From assembly GCF_006345805.1 (NCBI RefSeq), contig NC_042997.1, forward strand, positions 36,766,001 through 36,830,000: a stretch of DNA of 64,000 bases, read 5' to 3'. A program made the position numbers and the translations under genes. This DNA is from Octopus sinensis (Eukaryota). Within the stretch, counting starts at the first letter, position 1; each line of letters starts with the position of its first letter. A model generated the notes under the pieces. That model was not told where the DNA came from and searched no databases. It worked only from the letters and a program-made list of their open reading frames with translations. Below are positions 1-12,499 of this stretch, piece by piece.

Positions 1-358
1 GGTTCCGGATTCAGTCCCACTGCGTGGCATCTTGGGCATGTGTCTTCTACTATAGCCTAGGACCGACCAAAGCCTTGTGAGTGGATTTGGTAGACGGAAA
101 CTGAAAGAAGCCTTTCGTATATATATGTATATGTATATATGTATGTCTGTGTGTGTGTTTTTCCTTCCTCCAACATCGCTTGACAACCGATGTTGGTGTG
201 TTTACGTCCCCGTAACTTAGCGGTTCGGCAAAAAAAGGACCGATAGAATAAGTACTAGGTTTACAAAGAATAAGTCCTAGGGTCGATTTGCTCGACTAAA
301 GGCGGTGCTCCAGCATGGCCGCAGTCAAATGACTGAAACAAGTAAAAGAGTAAAAGAG
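1..358 (+). mobile_element. tRNA-derived SINE, family A (cut by window start)
   Basis: Highly similar to copies at 27263, 44512 and 54537: GGTTCCGG-TTCAGTCCCACTGCGTGGC, internal (TA/TG)n, 3' GGCGGTGCTCCAGCATGGCCGCAGTCAAATGACTGAAAC then (AGTAAAAG)n tail. Confidence 0.9.
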
Positions 359-2458
359 ATAGATTTAACGGACCCTAAGAACGCCATTCTTTTCGAATAT
401 TAGTGGACCAATTAAGTGGTAGGAATGGCATTGACCTAATCCTATTCATCATAGGGTTTTTTTGATGAGATATTTTTTAATAGATAATAACAGCACACTT
501 GATTTATACCCAAATTTTTTCTTCATTGATATTGGTACATAATGATTTCCCCAACTAAATTTACATTAAATTAACTTTGTTAATTTTATGGATATTCTAT
601 TGCATAGCCTTTAGCTTTTAACTAATGACTCCTGTGATATAGATCATCCCATTAACAACACCCTAGAATCTTTTACCCTTGCTATATCCCCCATCAAATT
701 GAAATTAGATGTAATCTCATAACCTATGGATATTATCTTGGAATTCACTTTTTACCATTTCTTATTTTTATTATTTTATTATACATCTTTACATGCTTGA
801 TTCTTACAATTATGGACTCTCCAGCGAAGCTTTCGGGCTCAATTATTGTCAAGCCTCTGTTCATTTTTTGTTCAACCTGTGTACAATCTCTGTATAATAT
901 TGATATGTTCTGCCAACTTTGGCAAGATGGACCCTAAAGCAGAAACAGTTGTAAGAGTATAGTATTATTCACTCATTTATTCTTATTTATTTATTCATAT
1001 GATTGTAATTAATAATTATATCCAATTGATGTTTGCAGGCTGATGTTTGTCAATTGATTAACTTTTTCCATTTTATTCTTTGCCTTATAAATTTGGGTAA
1101 ATATCTTTTTACCCCCGTTCATACCTTTTATTCAATTGCGCTATTGCTTTACATATGTAAGTGGTTTCATGTGTGTTGTGTGTGTATTTGTATTTATATT
1201 ATGTATGTATATTAATGACATTTAGAAGGCTGGTTTTACTTCCTTCACTTTAGAGTGTAAAATAAAATAATGTACCCTACTTTCATTGATAACATAACTC
1301 TAACTCATGCCGGTGTTCACAACCATAGCAAATTCACACGCTGATATACTCCGATGAGAAATGAAAATATATTAACCTAAATATTTTGATTTCGAATGCG
1401 CTAACGTACGTTCAGCATAAAAGTATTCAAGTTCAGTATTAGAAAAAGACAACTCAGTGGGTATTCCTTGAAATTACACTACATGTATAGTAATTGATCA
1501 TATTATATTTGCTTTGATTCAAGGACTAAAACAATTCTGTAGGTCTACAAATTTGTTATTAACTATAGTTTTATAATCTCGAAAAGAAAACATTTCTATT
1601 CCTGCTCATTTAAACCACGCAATATATTTTTTTGTGAAATCCTGTCAGTAGAAAGCGTTGGTGAATTATATTCTTTGTAAAGTGCAAATAAAAAAATCCG
1701 GAAACAAGAATAAATTTGAATCAATCTCTGATTCATATAAGAAATGATACCTTTTATTTCGAAAGATATATTTTGAACGGATAGAAGAATAGTGGTGGTG
1801 GTGGTGGTAGGGGGGACATAAATTGTATGGCAGAAGGAAATCTCTAATTAACTTTACGGAATAAAGAAATTGCACATTTCATCTGTCTTGTTACGAACGG
1901 ATTTAGAGAAAACGATAAAGGCTTCGTCTTCGTCACATATTTAATCTCACGTTTACATTCTTTATATATTCTATTCTGAAATAAAGCCACATATTTATAG
2001 GTTAATCGATGGAATCAACTCACTAAATTAGTGATACTAATTTATTGAAGTCCTTACGAAAATTTGACCACGTAGAATGTATGTAAGGAAGTGGAGGAAA
2101 ACAATTTGGTTGATCCTCTAAAAGTTTTGTTAACCACCATTGTTTATATGACACCAAATGTCAGCATGGTTCATGGAAATTACAGAGATACCTTTCCTAT
2201 AATAGCAGGTTTTCGACTTGGATTTTGTTGGCAAAATATCATCTATATCTCTATAAAACTCTCAGATGCATGGAAATTATTTGTAGCATAAGCAAATCTT
2301 ACCGATTCTTTCCCTACCAATTTTAACACACTTGCGTGAAACAAAGCCTTAAGAAAAGAATATGAATCGTTATCGCGTCAATGTTCTACCGCAATGTATG
2401 AACAGGTTTTACTTATTGTGATATAAGTCATAACGCATTAGAAGTATTTTATCATATA

Positions 2459-4552
2459 CTAGCAATATAGCCCGGGGTTGCCCGGGATTAATTTAGGATT
2501 ATTAAGCTAATCAAGCGCTTTGTTTCAAACCAAACTAAGTAACACTGACGTCAAATTTGAGCGAAATCCGTTCGAATTGATAAACGTTTGGTTGAAAATG
2601 GGTTGCAGACACTTTGATTGGGAAATCCCATAAGGAATTGGTTTATCGATTTGTCCACTCATCGATAATTTTTTTGGGGGGAGGGTGGGGATTAAAGCAT
2701 TCAAAGATCTCATGAGTCCAAAGCAACCCCGGCATCAAGTTTGAACAAAATACATCAAAATTGGTAAAGGTTATGGTTGAAAATGGGGCGTAGCCAATTT
2801 TAGTGAGAAATCCAATAAGGAATTGGTTTATCTATTTTTCATCCTGATTGAAAGGAAAACCCCATAAGGAATCAGTTTATTGATTTTTTACTCCAAATAG
2901 GACTTAACTGAACACAACATTGCCGATTCAAAAATCTATATTTATATTTTAAAGTTGGTTTTCACACCCACCCCAGTTCTGCACAATCAGTGTCGCGACG
3001 GAAACGCATGGGCTGAGAATTTGACGGGCAGAGGTGATCAGGTTGAATATACGAGCGCTTTTAAAACCACCCCTATCATGTAACACTCCTTGGCCCATGG
3101 GTTGGGAGCCCTTCCAGCAAGGTAAATAGAACGCTACCGATCCTTTGTGTGAGGAAAGGTTATGTTCGGCCCACATCTAAGCCTTAACCTAAACCTAAGC
3201 TAATCTAGCGAAAGGAGGCTCAAGAACCTCTGAAAGGCAGCGACTAATCCCGATCTCTCCTATGGGTACTATCAGTCAAGGCTGCATCGAAGTTATGGAT
3301 TGGAGAAGGTTGCATCGAAGATTTCTACGCTATTATATATATATGTATATATATATATATATTATATATATATATATATAATATATATATATATCGGAGA
3401 TTTCTACGCTACTATATATATATGTATATATATATAACAGCGTAGAAATGTTCGATGTAGCCTTCTCCAATGCATAACTTCGATACAGCCTTGACCGATA
3501 GTACCCACAGGAGAGGATAGGTTTAGATCGGGATTAGTCGCTGCCTTTCAGAGGCTCCTGAGCATCTTGTCGCTAGATTAGCTTAGGCTTAGGTTAAGGC
3601 TTAGTTGTGGGCCGAACATATATATATATATATTATATATATATATATATAATATATATATATATATATAATAACGAACCATGTAATTCACACACTGGAA
3701 ATTTTATTTCTGAAAAATGTTGGCAGTGGGCAAAAATACCCGAGGCTTCCACCTCACCTCACCGCGTTTTTGCCCTTCCCATGGGTTTTGTAGTATATTA
3801 GGAGGTCGCAGGAATTCAGTGAACGAAAACAATTTCGAATGATTCCGGGATTGGCGGGAAACCTCGCACCACCCTTCTTTTCCGAAGGAAAATAAGGGAT
3901 TTGCAGCATATTAGGAAATGAGGGTACTTCATTTTACGCAAAAAATCTATTTTTTTTACCTAGTGAAAATTGTATTAGTGAAAAGATTAATGGGGTGGGG
4001 TGTGAAATTTCCGAGGTTTCCCCATCAATTTTTGGGACCCCACAAAGCGTTTTGTAGCACACTCGGAGGTCACAGGAATTCATTTAACGAAAATATAATT
4101 TCCAATGATTCCAGGATAGAGGGGGTCACACTCACCCTACTCCCTTTTTTCCGAACTAAAATAAGGGATTTGCAGCATATTGATTCTACGCAAACAATCC
4201 AAGATTTTTCTTTTTTCGTATTGAAAATCGTTCGGGTGTTAATCTAAAAAGTTACCCTTTGTTTTGCTTTCTCGACTTTTAAAAATATGTGACTTAACTC
4301 ATATTTGCAGACTTACAGATTTCTCCAACGTGGAGATTTGTAAAAGTTATGGCTGAAAATCGATTTTTACCACTATCCTCGGGTGCCTGGGGGAAAATAA
4401 TTTGACAAAAATCGAGCCATGATCGTGACCAATGTCCTCCAAATATTGGAGTGGCATGCGTGCTAATTTGTGGACGTGCATAAATTACATTCACGTACAC
4501 AGACACACACACATTCTACCTATTATAGATAAATAAAGAGATAAATAAGAGA
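2459..4552 (-). mobile_element. Non-autonomous Helitron-like element, ~2.1 kb
   Basis: Minus strand ends CTAG|T at 2459-2462, preceded by GC hairpin CCCGGG-GTTG-CCCGGG (2471-2486); 5' end A|TC at 4552 (alternative 4529) next to an ACAC tract; same end layout as 57432-57827. Confidence 0.7.
3161..3620. mobile_element. Fold-back/MITE-like element with ~170-bp inverted arms around a (TA)n spacer
   Basis: 3161-3331 is the reverse complement of 3439-3620 (scattered substitutions, one ~11-bp indel); ends TA|TGTTCGGCCC...GGGCCGAACA|TA. Confidence 0.8.
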
Positions 4553-4799
4553 TTTAAAATGAACATATTTTAATTGTTGTGTGAGAAAGTATATATAATC
4601 TGATTATAAAATATAGTGTCTTTCAAAAATCATCCTAAATTTGAAAACTATATCTTGTGTATAAGAAAAAAGACATTTTACATTTTATTTTTCATGAACG
4701 CTGTCACCAACTGTCTCTCACTCACACACACACATACAGCAACACAAAATTTCTCTCTATCTCTCACACACACTTTCACTTCCTTATGGCAAGAGGGGA

Positions 4800-4950
4800 C
4801 TTAACTCATGCTAAGAAATATCGAAATTGGTAAAAGTTATGGTTGAAAATCGATTTTTACCGCTACCGGCGGGTGCCTCGGGAAAAATAAGCTAGAGTCA
4901 TGACGAATGGCCTCCTAAAATTTGAGTAATATGTGTGCTAATTTTTAAAA
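4800..4950. repeat. Diverged second copy of the Helitron segment at 4295-4480
   Basis: Shared TTAACTCAT...GTAAAAGTTATGG(C/T)TGAAAATCGATTTTTACC...GGGTGCCT-GGG...GTGCTAATTT. Confidence 0.7.
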
Positions 4951-6149
4951 CGGAAGAGGTGTTTTAAAGTTCCAAGTTCGGTAAGCTTAAGTATTTGCTG
5001 TCTCACGCTGTTGCGGTTGTTACATTTTCTGTTGTGCTTTAAAACACTTAGTTTCTCTCGCGCGAGCGGACTTGTCATCGTTATTCCCCTTGCGTGAGGG
5101 AGGGAAGCGTTTGATTATTATCATGAAGACCAATATCGAGGAGATTCGCTCTTCCGACATGGATTCGTCGTAAGACACTAACAACTGATGATGACTGCAG
5201 ATTGTTATTGAATCTCCTGCGTACGAGAATAAAGACATTGTTAGGAATGGCTGGATTTAGATATTTTCTTCAAACAACTAACTAATAATGCTTGCGGTGT
5301 AATTTCAGTTCAACATGCAAGATAAAATATGCCATACGTTTTGTTCGCAAGAAGACGAAAAACAAAACTCCCATTGTTGCAGCTGTTGACACTGCTACTG
5401 TTACTGAAATACTACTATTTTTCCATCTGTTACACGTAATGAACTATAAAACATGATGCGTTTATCCTGAAGTAAGAATTTCATTATAGGCAATCTTTTA
5501 TTTCCTTCCCCTTTTACTGTAAGCATAATTTATTGTAATGTAATATATCAGAAGACTGGAATAGTTCTAGGCGAATGGTAAGGATTCTGATTAAGAGAGA
5601 AAATTTTTAAAAGAGTTTGATCAGATTAATGAACATATATTTATGCATTTCGCTCACAGGGGAAAATACGGGAAATACTATTGTCGACCTGACCGGAGAG
5701 GAAACCAGCCAATCAACTGAGACTGGACTATTAAAGTTATGGTAAACGTTTCCCTTACATTTTCTCTAGGAAAATATACTTTTAATTAATTTGTATCCCA
5801 ATGATATTTAAGCATATTGCTGTAACTGTTCAACATAATATCTTAAAGCAGATACATTAGTTTTCTCCGTTATGAAAATGGGCAGAAAACATTCATGGGT
5901 ATGATAAGTGAATTGAGTTCCTTTTGAGTTTAAATAATATTTGACTTGATATGACGCATAGCAATATTTTACAATGATGTTCGATGAAATAATCAGAGTA
6001 AAGTAGGTAGGAGGGTGACGCCAGAAAATCGAACTAATTCCAATTCAATGTCGGTTTCATATTATTTCGCTTCAGAAATACTTATGAAGTCCCTAATAAA
6101 TTAAATAAATTTGGATTTCAGACGATGGCATTTCCGTTGTTCAAAACAA

Positions 6150-6490
6150 ATATATACATATATATATATATATATTTGTGTGTGTGTATGTGTGTGTGTG
6201 TGTGTGTGTGTGCGTGTGTGTCTCTGTGTCTCTGTGTATATATATACATTGGAAAGTAGAACTTAGCTAAACAAAAGGCTTTACACAACATCGTTTCAAC
6301 GTCTTTCATTCCCATCTCTTTCAGGATGATAATTTAAGCAGTATTAATGCAATTCGGTTGACACAAAATCGCTGTCGCTATGAAAATATGTAAATATCAA
6401 TTCCCATCGAAAATAAAGAAACTGAATATACTTATCGTACACACCCACCCACATCCACCCACACAACTCACACACACACACACACATATA

Positions 6491-6533
<43 letters not shown>

Positions 6534-6830
6534 CTATCTTTCTAAATATATATATATATATATATATATAGATCTCTTTCTAAATATGTGCCTTTGTTTG
6601 TGTGTGTATATATATATATATACACACACAAACAAACACACATATTTAGAAAGAGAGAGATAGAGATAGAAAAGAGAAAGGGAATGCTATACATATATAT
6701 GTGTGGGGGTGGTAGATGTATACACACACAAACACACACACAACACACACACACACATATATATATATACGTGTGTGTGTGTGTGTATGTGTGCAGGTAG
6801 ACGCACATACACACACAGGCACACACATAT
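6150..6830. repeat. Compound (TA)n/(TG)n/(CA)n/(GA)n microsatellite tracts
   Basis: Directly visible dinucleotide runs. Confidence 0.9.
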
Positions 6831-7769
6831 ATGCATCTGAACAAAAATATCTAAATATAAAAAATAAATAAATATCGTCAAAATGAGTGAATCTAAAAGA
6901 TAGATATTCATATATCATACAGAAATACATAATTACCCTCCCAGTTTGTTCTCTTCCTATGTTTCCTCCACACTGCAATGTTTGTGCACATTGGTATTCA
7001 GTCTGTTACACCGTTGCAAACGTATATATATGTTTGAATCGGCATGAAGAATCATTTATTCTGTATAAAGAATGTAAATAAGAGATCCCTATATGGATAG
7101 GTTGTTTACGGAAACGGCCATCAATCGAATTCAACGAAAGACATACATTTTCATGTGGTTATCTCTAAAATATGTCACACCTATTATTTATTTTGTATTT
7201 TAGAAAATTCATAATAGATTGTCAGAAATATCTTTTTTGTATCAGAATCCCTTGTACCTTCTTTGTCTATCATTGTCTGTCATTTTCCCTCGATATGTCA
7301 TTAACATGATCCAGTTCTCCTGCTTATTGATCCCAAAATGTTGTTTGACAATACACACAGCGTAAAGTAATACGGCTGAAAGAATATAAAAATAATACAA
7401 GACATTTCGTCGGTATTGTTTGTGAAATTTGCTCTCAGAGATTCTGAAAATAAAAAGCAAGATTTAAAACTAAAGTTGTAAAATATTAGTGATAGACTGT
7501 TTCTCTTTCTCTCTCTTTTGCTCCCTCTCTCTCCCCCCCTCTATCTCTCGTGCGCGCGCCCATAAACATACACGAATGTGTGTATATGTGTATGTATATA
7601 AAAAGGCTGAAAGAGAAAACACCCAAACAAGATCGGCAGAAAATTACACATAGGAAAGCATGCCTAAACGTGTTCAGTGCAGCATGTTATATCGGTTTCT
7701 GCTTTTCGCACAAGACCAGTAATTTTAGAGGAGGTAGTAATTCGATTTCATCGAACCCACTAATCAATT

Positions 7770-7903
7770 GGTATTCATTTTATTTACCACGAAATGTTGA
7801 ATGTAGAATCGAACTCGTAAGAATTTGAACTCAGAACATAAAGACGGACGAAATTCCGCCTAAACTGTTCCGCTGCGCGTATTGACGATGCTGTTAGTTC
7901 GCC
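7770..7903 (-). mobile_element. Decayed SINE, family D
   Basis: Reverse complement resembles the 48434 copy (GGCG-CTA/G...TTCGTCCGTCTTTA-GTTCTGAGTTCAAATT). Confidence 0.55.
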
Positions 7904-7910
7904 ACAATAC

Positions 7911-9060
7911 TATTAGGTTGGCAACTATGTTCCCGCCGTTTTTAAAATTTTTTTTTTAAAAGGTTGAATAAAAAAATAACAACTAATTAATCAATAATGT
8001 ATTCACCCTTGTTGTTTGCATCTTCTTCCCAAAGTTCAACAAGATTTTCAATACCTCGTTGGTAGAAATCACCCAATATCGACTCAAAAAATTGATCCAA
8101 CCAAGCTCTCAATTTTGCATCAGTATTGAACGAAAATCCGCGCATAGCATTTGAAAGAGATGGAAAGAGGCGGAAATCCGTTGGTGCTAAATCAGGAGAG
8201 TACGGCGGGTGTGGTAGCACTTAACAGCCATGCGTTTCAATGACTCCCTGGGTCATATTTGCGATATGAGGGCGGGCGTTTTCGTGCAGCAGAAGAACTC
8301 CTTACTGACGATTAGGTCTTTTCTCTTGAATAGCCGTGTTAAGCCGTTCCATCTGTTGAACATAGAGTCCCGTGTTGGCCGTTTGGTTCCTTTCAAGCAA
8401 TTCGTAATGGATACTCTCTTCCCAGTCCCACCATACGTACAGCATCGTTTTCCGCGGATGAATATCTTGTTTCACGCGCGGTGTCGTTTGTTTACTGGGG
8501 CTAAGCCATTCCTTACGCTGATTCATATTGATGTACAGGCACTATTTTAGACGCCAGTGACGATTCGGTAAAGAAATCGTTGCTTGTGTCCATGAATTGA
8601 GCGGTGACGAGCAAGCAAACTAGAGGAAATTGTAGCTCGTTGATTTTTTATGTTGTCACTTAAAGCTGCGGAACCCATGCTTCATAATTCTAAATCTTTC
8701 CCATCGAGTGAAGATGCTCCTCTATAGCAGTGTGGAAACATTCCATTTTCTCTGCCAATTCCCTTGTCGTTTGATGCAAAATTTGGTTTAATCGCTCTTC
8801 ATTTTTGATCTTGGCATTCCAATCATATACGGTTGTTTCAGCTATGGCACCCTCTCTATACACAGTACAAATGTCTCGAGCAGCTTTTGCGGCCTTAGAA
8901 CCTTGATTAAGAGCAAAAAGAAGGAGGAGTTGAAAAGGCTCGTTCTTCTTAGCTTAACATTCTATTTCAATGATCTGAAAATAAACGAAAATTAACTAAA
9001 TTTAACTAGAAAAAATAGATTCCGAAATGATTCAAAAAAAGAATTCTTGAAAAAAATTGC
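7911..9060 (-). mobile_element. Mariner (DD34D-type) transposon, disrupted transposase
   Basis: Fragments LLFALNQGSKAAKAARDICTVY, KQDIHPRKTMLYVWWD, LERNQTAN and HPPYSPDLAPTDFRLFPSLSN...GEYIID*; TIR-like TA-TTAGGTTGGCAACTATGTTCCCGCCG at 7911; frameshifts and stops; the other TIR was not found. Confidence 0.9.
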
Positions 9061-9076
9061 AACTCACTAAGATTAG

Positions 9077-9200
9077 CAAAGTGGTAACCTGACAAAAACC
9101 TTTGCTCGCACAACAAAATGCTTAGCAGCATTTTGTCCTTCTATATTTCTGAGTTATAATTGCGCCGATATCGACCATGCCTATCAGCCTCTCAGAGAAT
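9077..9200 (+). mobile_element. Decayed SINE, family D
   Basis: AAATGCTTAGCAGCATTTTGTCC...TTCTGAGTTATAATTGCGCCGATATCGACCATGCCT aligns to the 48434 copy. Confidence 0.55.
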
Positions 9201-9330
9201 TGGGGTTTCTACACTTGAGAGTTGTCTGGTTGACTGAGTGTATACACACACACGTACATACATGTATTTTTGTAAATGTAGTGAATTATTTTAATATATA
9301 TATATACCTATAAGTGTATATATGTATATA

Positions 9331-10580
9331 CACGACTTGGTAAAAAAAATTGTGAGACTAGTTATGTTTAATAATAAATGAAAACTTACTTACCCAAGTT
9401 TTAACATTATCCCCTTCGAAATAGACACTTTGCGCAGCAATTCACCGGTTTCAGCGTTCGTGCCACGTTTAGAATCTGGAGACGAAGTTGTTCCCCGTCG
9501 AGCCGCGGACATTCTGGGACTCGATCTGGATTTCAACAAAGTGTAAAAAGACCGATCTTTGAGATGTATTTTCATCTTCAGAAAGAGATAGAAGTGCGCA
9601 GGTGCAACATCTAGTGGTTATGGTGGTTGGGGAAGCTATACACTGTTGATTTTGTCGAGAAACTCACGATTGAGGACAGCATGGTGATACACGTTTCAGT
9701 GATCTGGTTTTTTTCGCTGAATGTCCTCTGTGAAATGCTTCAAAATGTCGCAGACGTCTTGATTGACGATCTGGCCCTGGGGAACGAATTATCGAGGCAC
9801 AATACCGCCGATTGATTGAGCTGCTCTGTCAAGCTTTCTTCCGTTGTGGAGATAAAGTGTTCTTCCGTTGGGCAGATTGCTGCTTCGTCTCAGTGTCGCA
9901 CCCGAAACAACAGCTCTTGTAACTTTTTATGTTTTTCGACATGAATCATGGGTCATCAGCGGCACGCTGGCAGAGGTCGTCACAGGCTTCGACGCGATGT
10001 TCTTTCGGGCAAGTACTCAGCAGAGGCAGACTTGGCAGCGACAAGCCGCATGTTCAATTCAGACGTCAGGATTGCTGGCACGGACCCACATGATAGATCA
10101 ACAACATCAGAAATGTCATTGATTGTCCTCCATCGATCTTCATGCACAAGCTGATGAACTGCCTCCACATTTTCAGGGGTGTCGCTCGTTGTAGATCTTC
10201 CAGATCCCTCATCCTCTTCCAGAAACATTCTTCCATTATTAAAGTGTCAGTGCCACTCGAGCCATTGAGTACGACACGTTACCTCGCCGCCGTAAGCTTG
10301 CCGAAGCATGCTCAATGTCTGTTTAGCAGACTTCACAACTTCAACGCAAAATTCCGCGTTGGCTCTTTGCTCCAACGTCTTGTCCATGACAAAATCGCAC
10401 GCTACAGCATACACGTAATCACGAAAACACAAATTTCACAACTTACGAAGTAAACACAGCAATGTCACTCGACACAGTGTCTCATGAATAGCTCTGCTGG
10501 CTCTTTGCTCGCGGAACCGTGCACTGCTTTCTGTTGGTGCGCGACAGAATTAGTCGGGGAAATTTTGGTACCACCTTGTG
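9331..10580 (-). mobile_element. Second mariner-family transposon, degenerate
   Basis: EQRANAEFCVEVVKSAKQTLSMLRQAYG, EDEGSGRSTTSDTPENVEAVHQLVHEDR (HTH regions), FVPQGQIVNQD; TA-flanked imperfect TIRs at 9331 and 10580. Confidence 0.85.
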
Positions 10581-10929
10581 TATACCTATTTATAAATTTA
10601 TGTGTGCGTGAGTGATTATGAACAGGATTGAACGAACAATTAGAATCAATTTGTTAAATCGGAGAATTACCACTAAATACGGAAGTTGTAAAATTGTGGC
10701 ATCATTTGCAAATTTAATGCGTCGAGTAATTGAAACATAACGTTTCTGAACAGTTGTTATAAGAATTTCGTTCCATTTGTGAATTAAAAATTGTTTTAGC
10801 TATTTCAACGCTGATGGCAGACGGAATTAAGCAGCTCCGTGACACAAGCTATGAAGTTATAGTCAGAAAACTGGGGCGTCAGTTAGTGGACTTTGTAAAA
10901 GACAGAAGTCATCGGAGGTCTCTCTATAG

Positions 10930-12040
10930 AGACTGTAATAGCGGGAGAACTTCTGTAATAGCGGGAGGACTGCTCCGTGTAGTATCTCCAGTTACGCTGA
11001 CCGCCACACTTACTAGCTGTAGCAAATACAAGTTGTCCAAGAACTTTAAGCTTCCTAGTTATCGGAAGCTGTCAACTACTTTTAGTTATTCTCCCTGGAA
11101 TGTGACAGAAGTTGTTCTCTGCACATTTCCAGTGTTTATTGCTCCTGAGCATCTTCCACATACAAAAATCTATCTTCCCAGTTGGCCTTCCTTTGATATT
11201 GCTGCAACACTTATGTATCCATAACTTGCACAGTGTACATCTTATGTAGTTTCTACCTACGCCTTATCTACAGATCGAGTAGGGCCAATTACCTGAAGAC
11301 TCTGGTTTTAGCTACATTGACTCTAAGGTCCTTCGATTCTAATCCTTGTTCCACACCTGGAACTTCTCCTTGAGTTCTGATAGTGACTCAGCAATAAGAG
11401 CAAGTGACTCAGCAAAGGAACAGTCAGGTAGAGGTAGGGGTCCAGCAATATTTTGCGGGTTGTGTTTTGGAAAAGTAGCAGAATGACATTTCGACGTAAC
11501 TTCACTCATGATTTTCCCAGCCATCTCTAGTGCCATCTCTATCATTATATAGTCGGAGTTTATCATGGAGGAGAATATGTGGTTTCCCGTCGATGGATTC
11601 TGTCTTGAATTCCTTTGTTATTGCCTGGAGGACTACGATAAATGGGAGGGGCTGAGGACTGAACATTGGTGGACCCCTACCTCTACCTGAAATTCTTCAC
11701 TACTCGTTGCCCACCCTCACCTTACTGACAGCGTCCCTGTACATGGCTTGCACAGCTCTCACTAACTATTCTTGTAGCCCTAGTTTCCTCATTGACTACC
11801 AGATAAGGGATAGCGAATGCCAGGCACAGGGGTTTATATTTGGCTAGGTATTTCTCCTGCAGCTGTCTTACCAAAAATATAACATAAGTGATACTTTTCC
11901 CTGGCACAAACCCAAACTGCATCTTGTCTAGACTGACCCTCTCCCTAAATAGTTGGGCTACAACCCTCTCCGTGACTTTCATTACCTTATAGAACAGCTT
12001 GATACCTCTGTAATTATTTGCATCTAATGTGTCGCCATAT
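10930..12040 (-). mobile_element. RTE-clade LINE reverse-transcriptase fragment
   Basis: NNYRGIKL..VMKVTERVVAQLFRERVSLDKMQFGFVPGKS; VGVHQCSVLSPLPFIVVLQAITKEFKT; LALIAESLSELKEKFQVW; PHD-like YIRCTLCKLWIHKCCSNIKG...CGRC. Confidence 0.9.
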
Positions 12041-12499
12041 TTTTTATTTTATTTTATTCACTGTTCATTTGCTGAGAATATTTTGCGGGTTGTGTTTTGG
12101 AAAAGTAGCAGAATAACATTTCGACGTAATTTGACTCATAATTTTCCCAGCCCTTTTCGTGCCATCTCTATCATTATATAGTCGGAGATTATCATGGAGG
12201 AGAATATGTGGTTTCCCGTCGATGGATTCCGTGTTTTAATATTTGATTTCTATGTGTAATTTTTCGATTACGCTTGAAAGTATTTTTTCAGCTTTTAATT
12301 TTTCAAGTAAGTGCGTTAGATGATTCTCTGTTTCATTGCAGCCTCTGTGTAGATAAATGTTGTTTCTGTTGCTGATCTAGCATCTACGAAGAACTTCATT
12401 GGCTGTAGTGTAGAAGATACTTAGGCGGCTTTGAGAATACCTTTTTAAATACCGTCTTAAATACCTCAGGTATGTAATTAAGACGGTATTCTCAGAACC

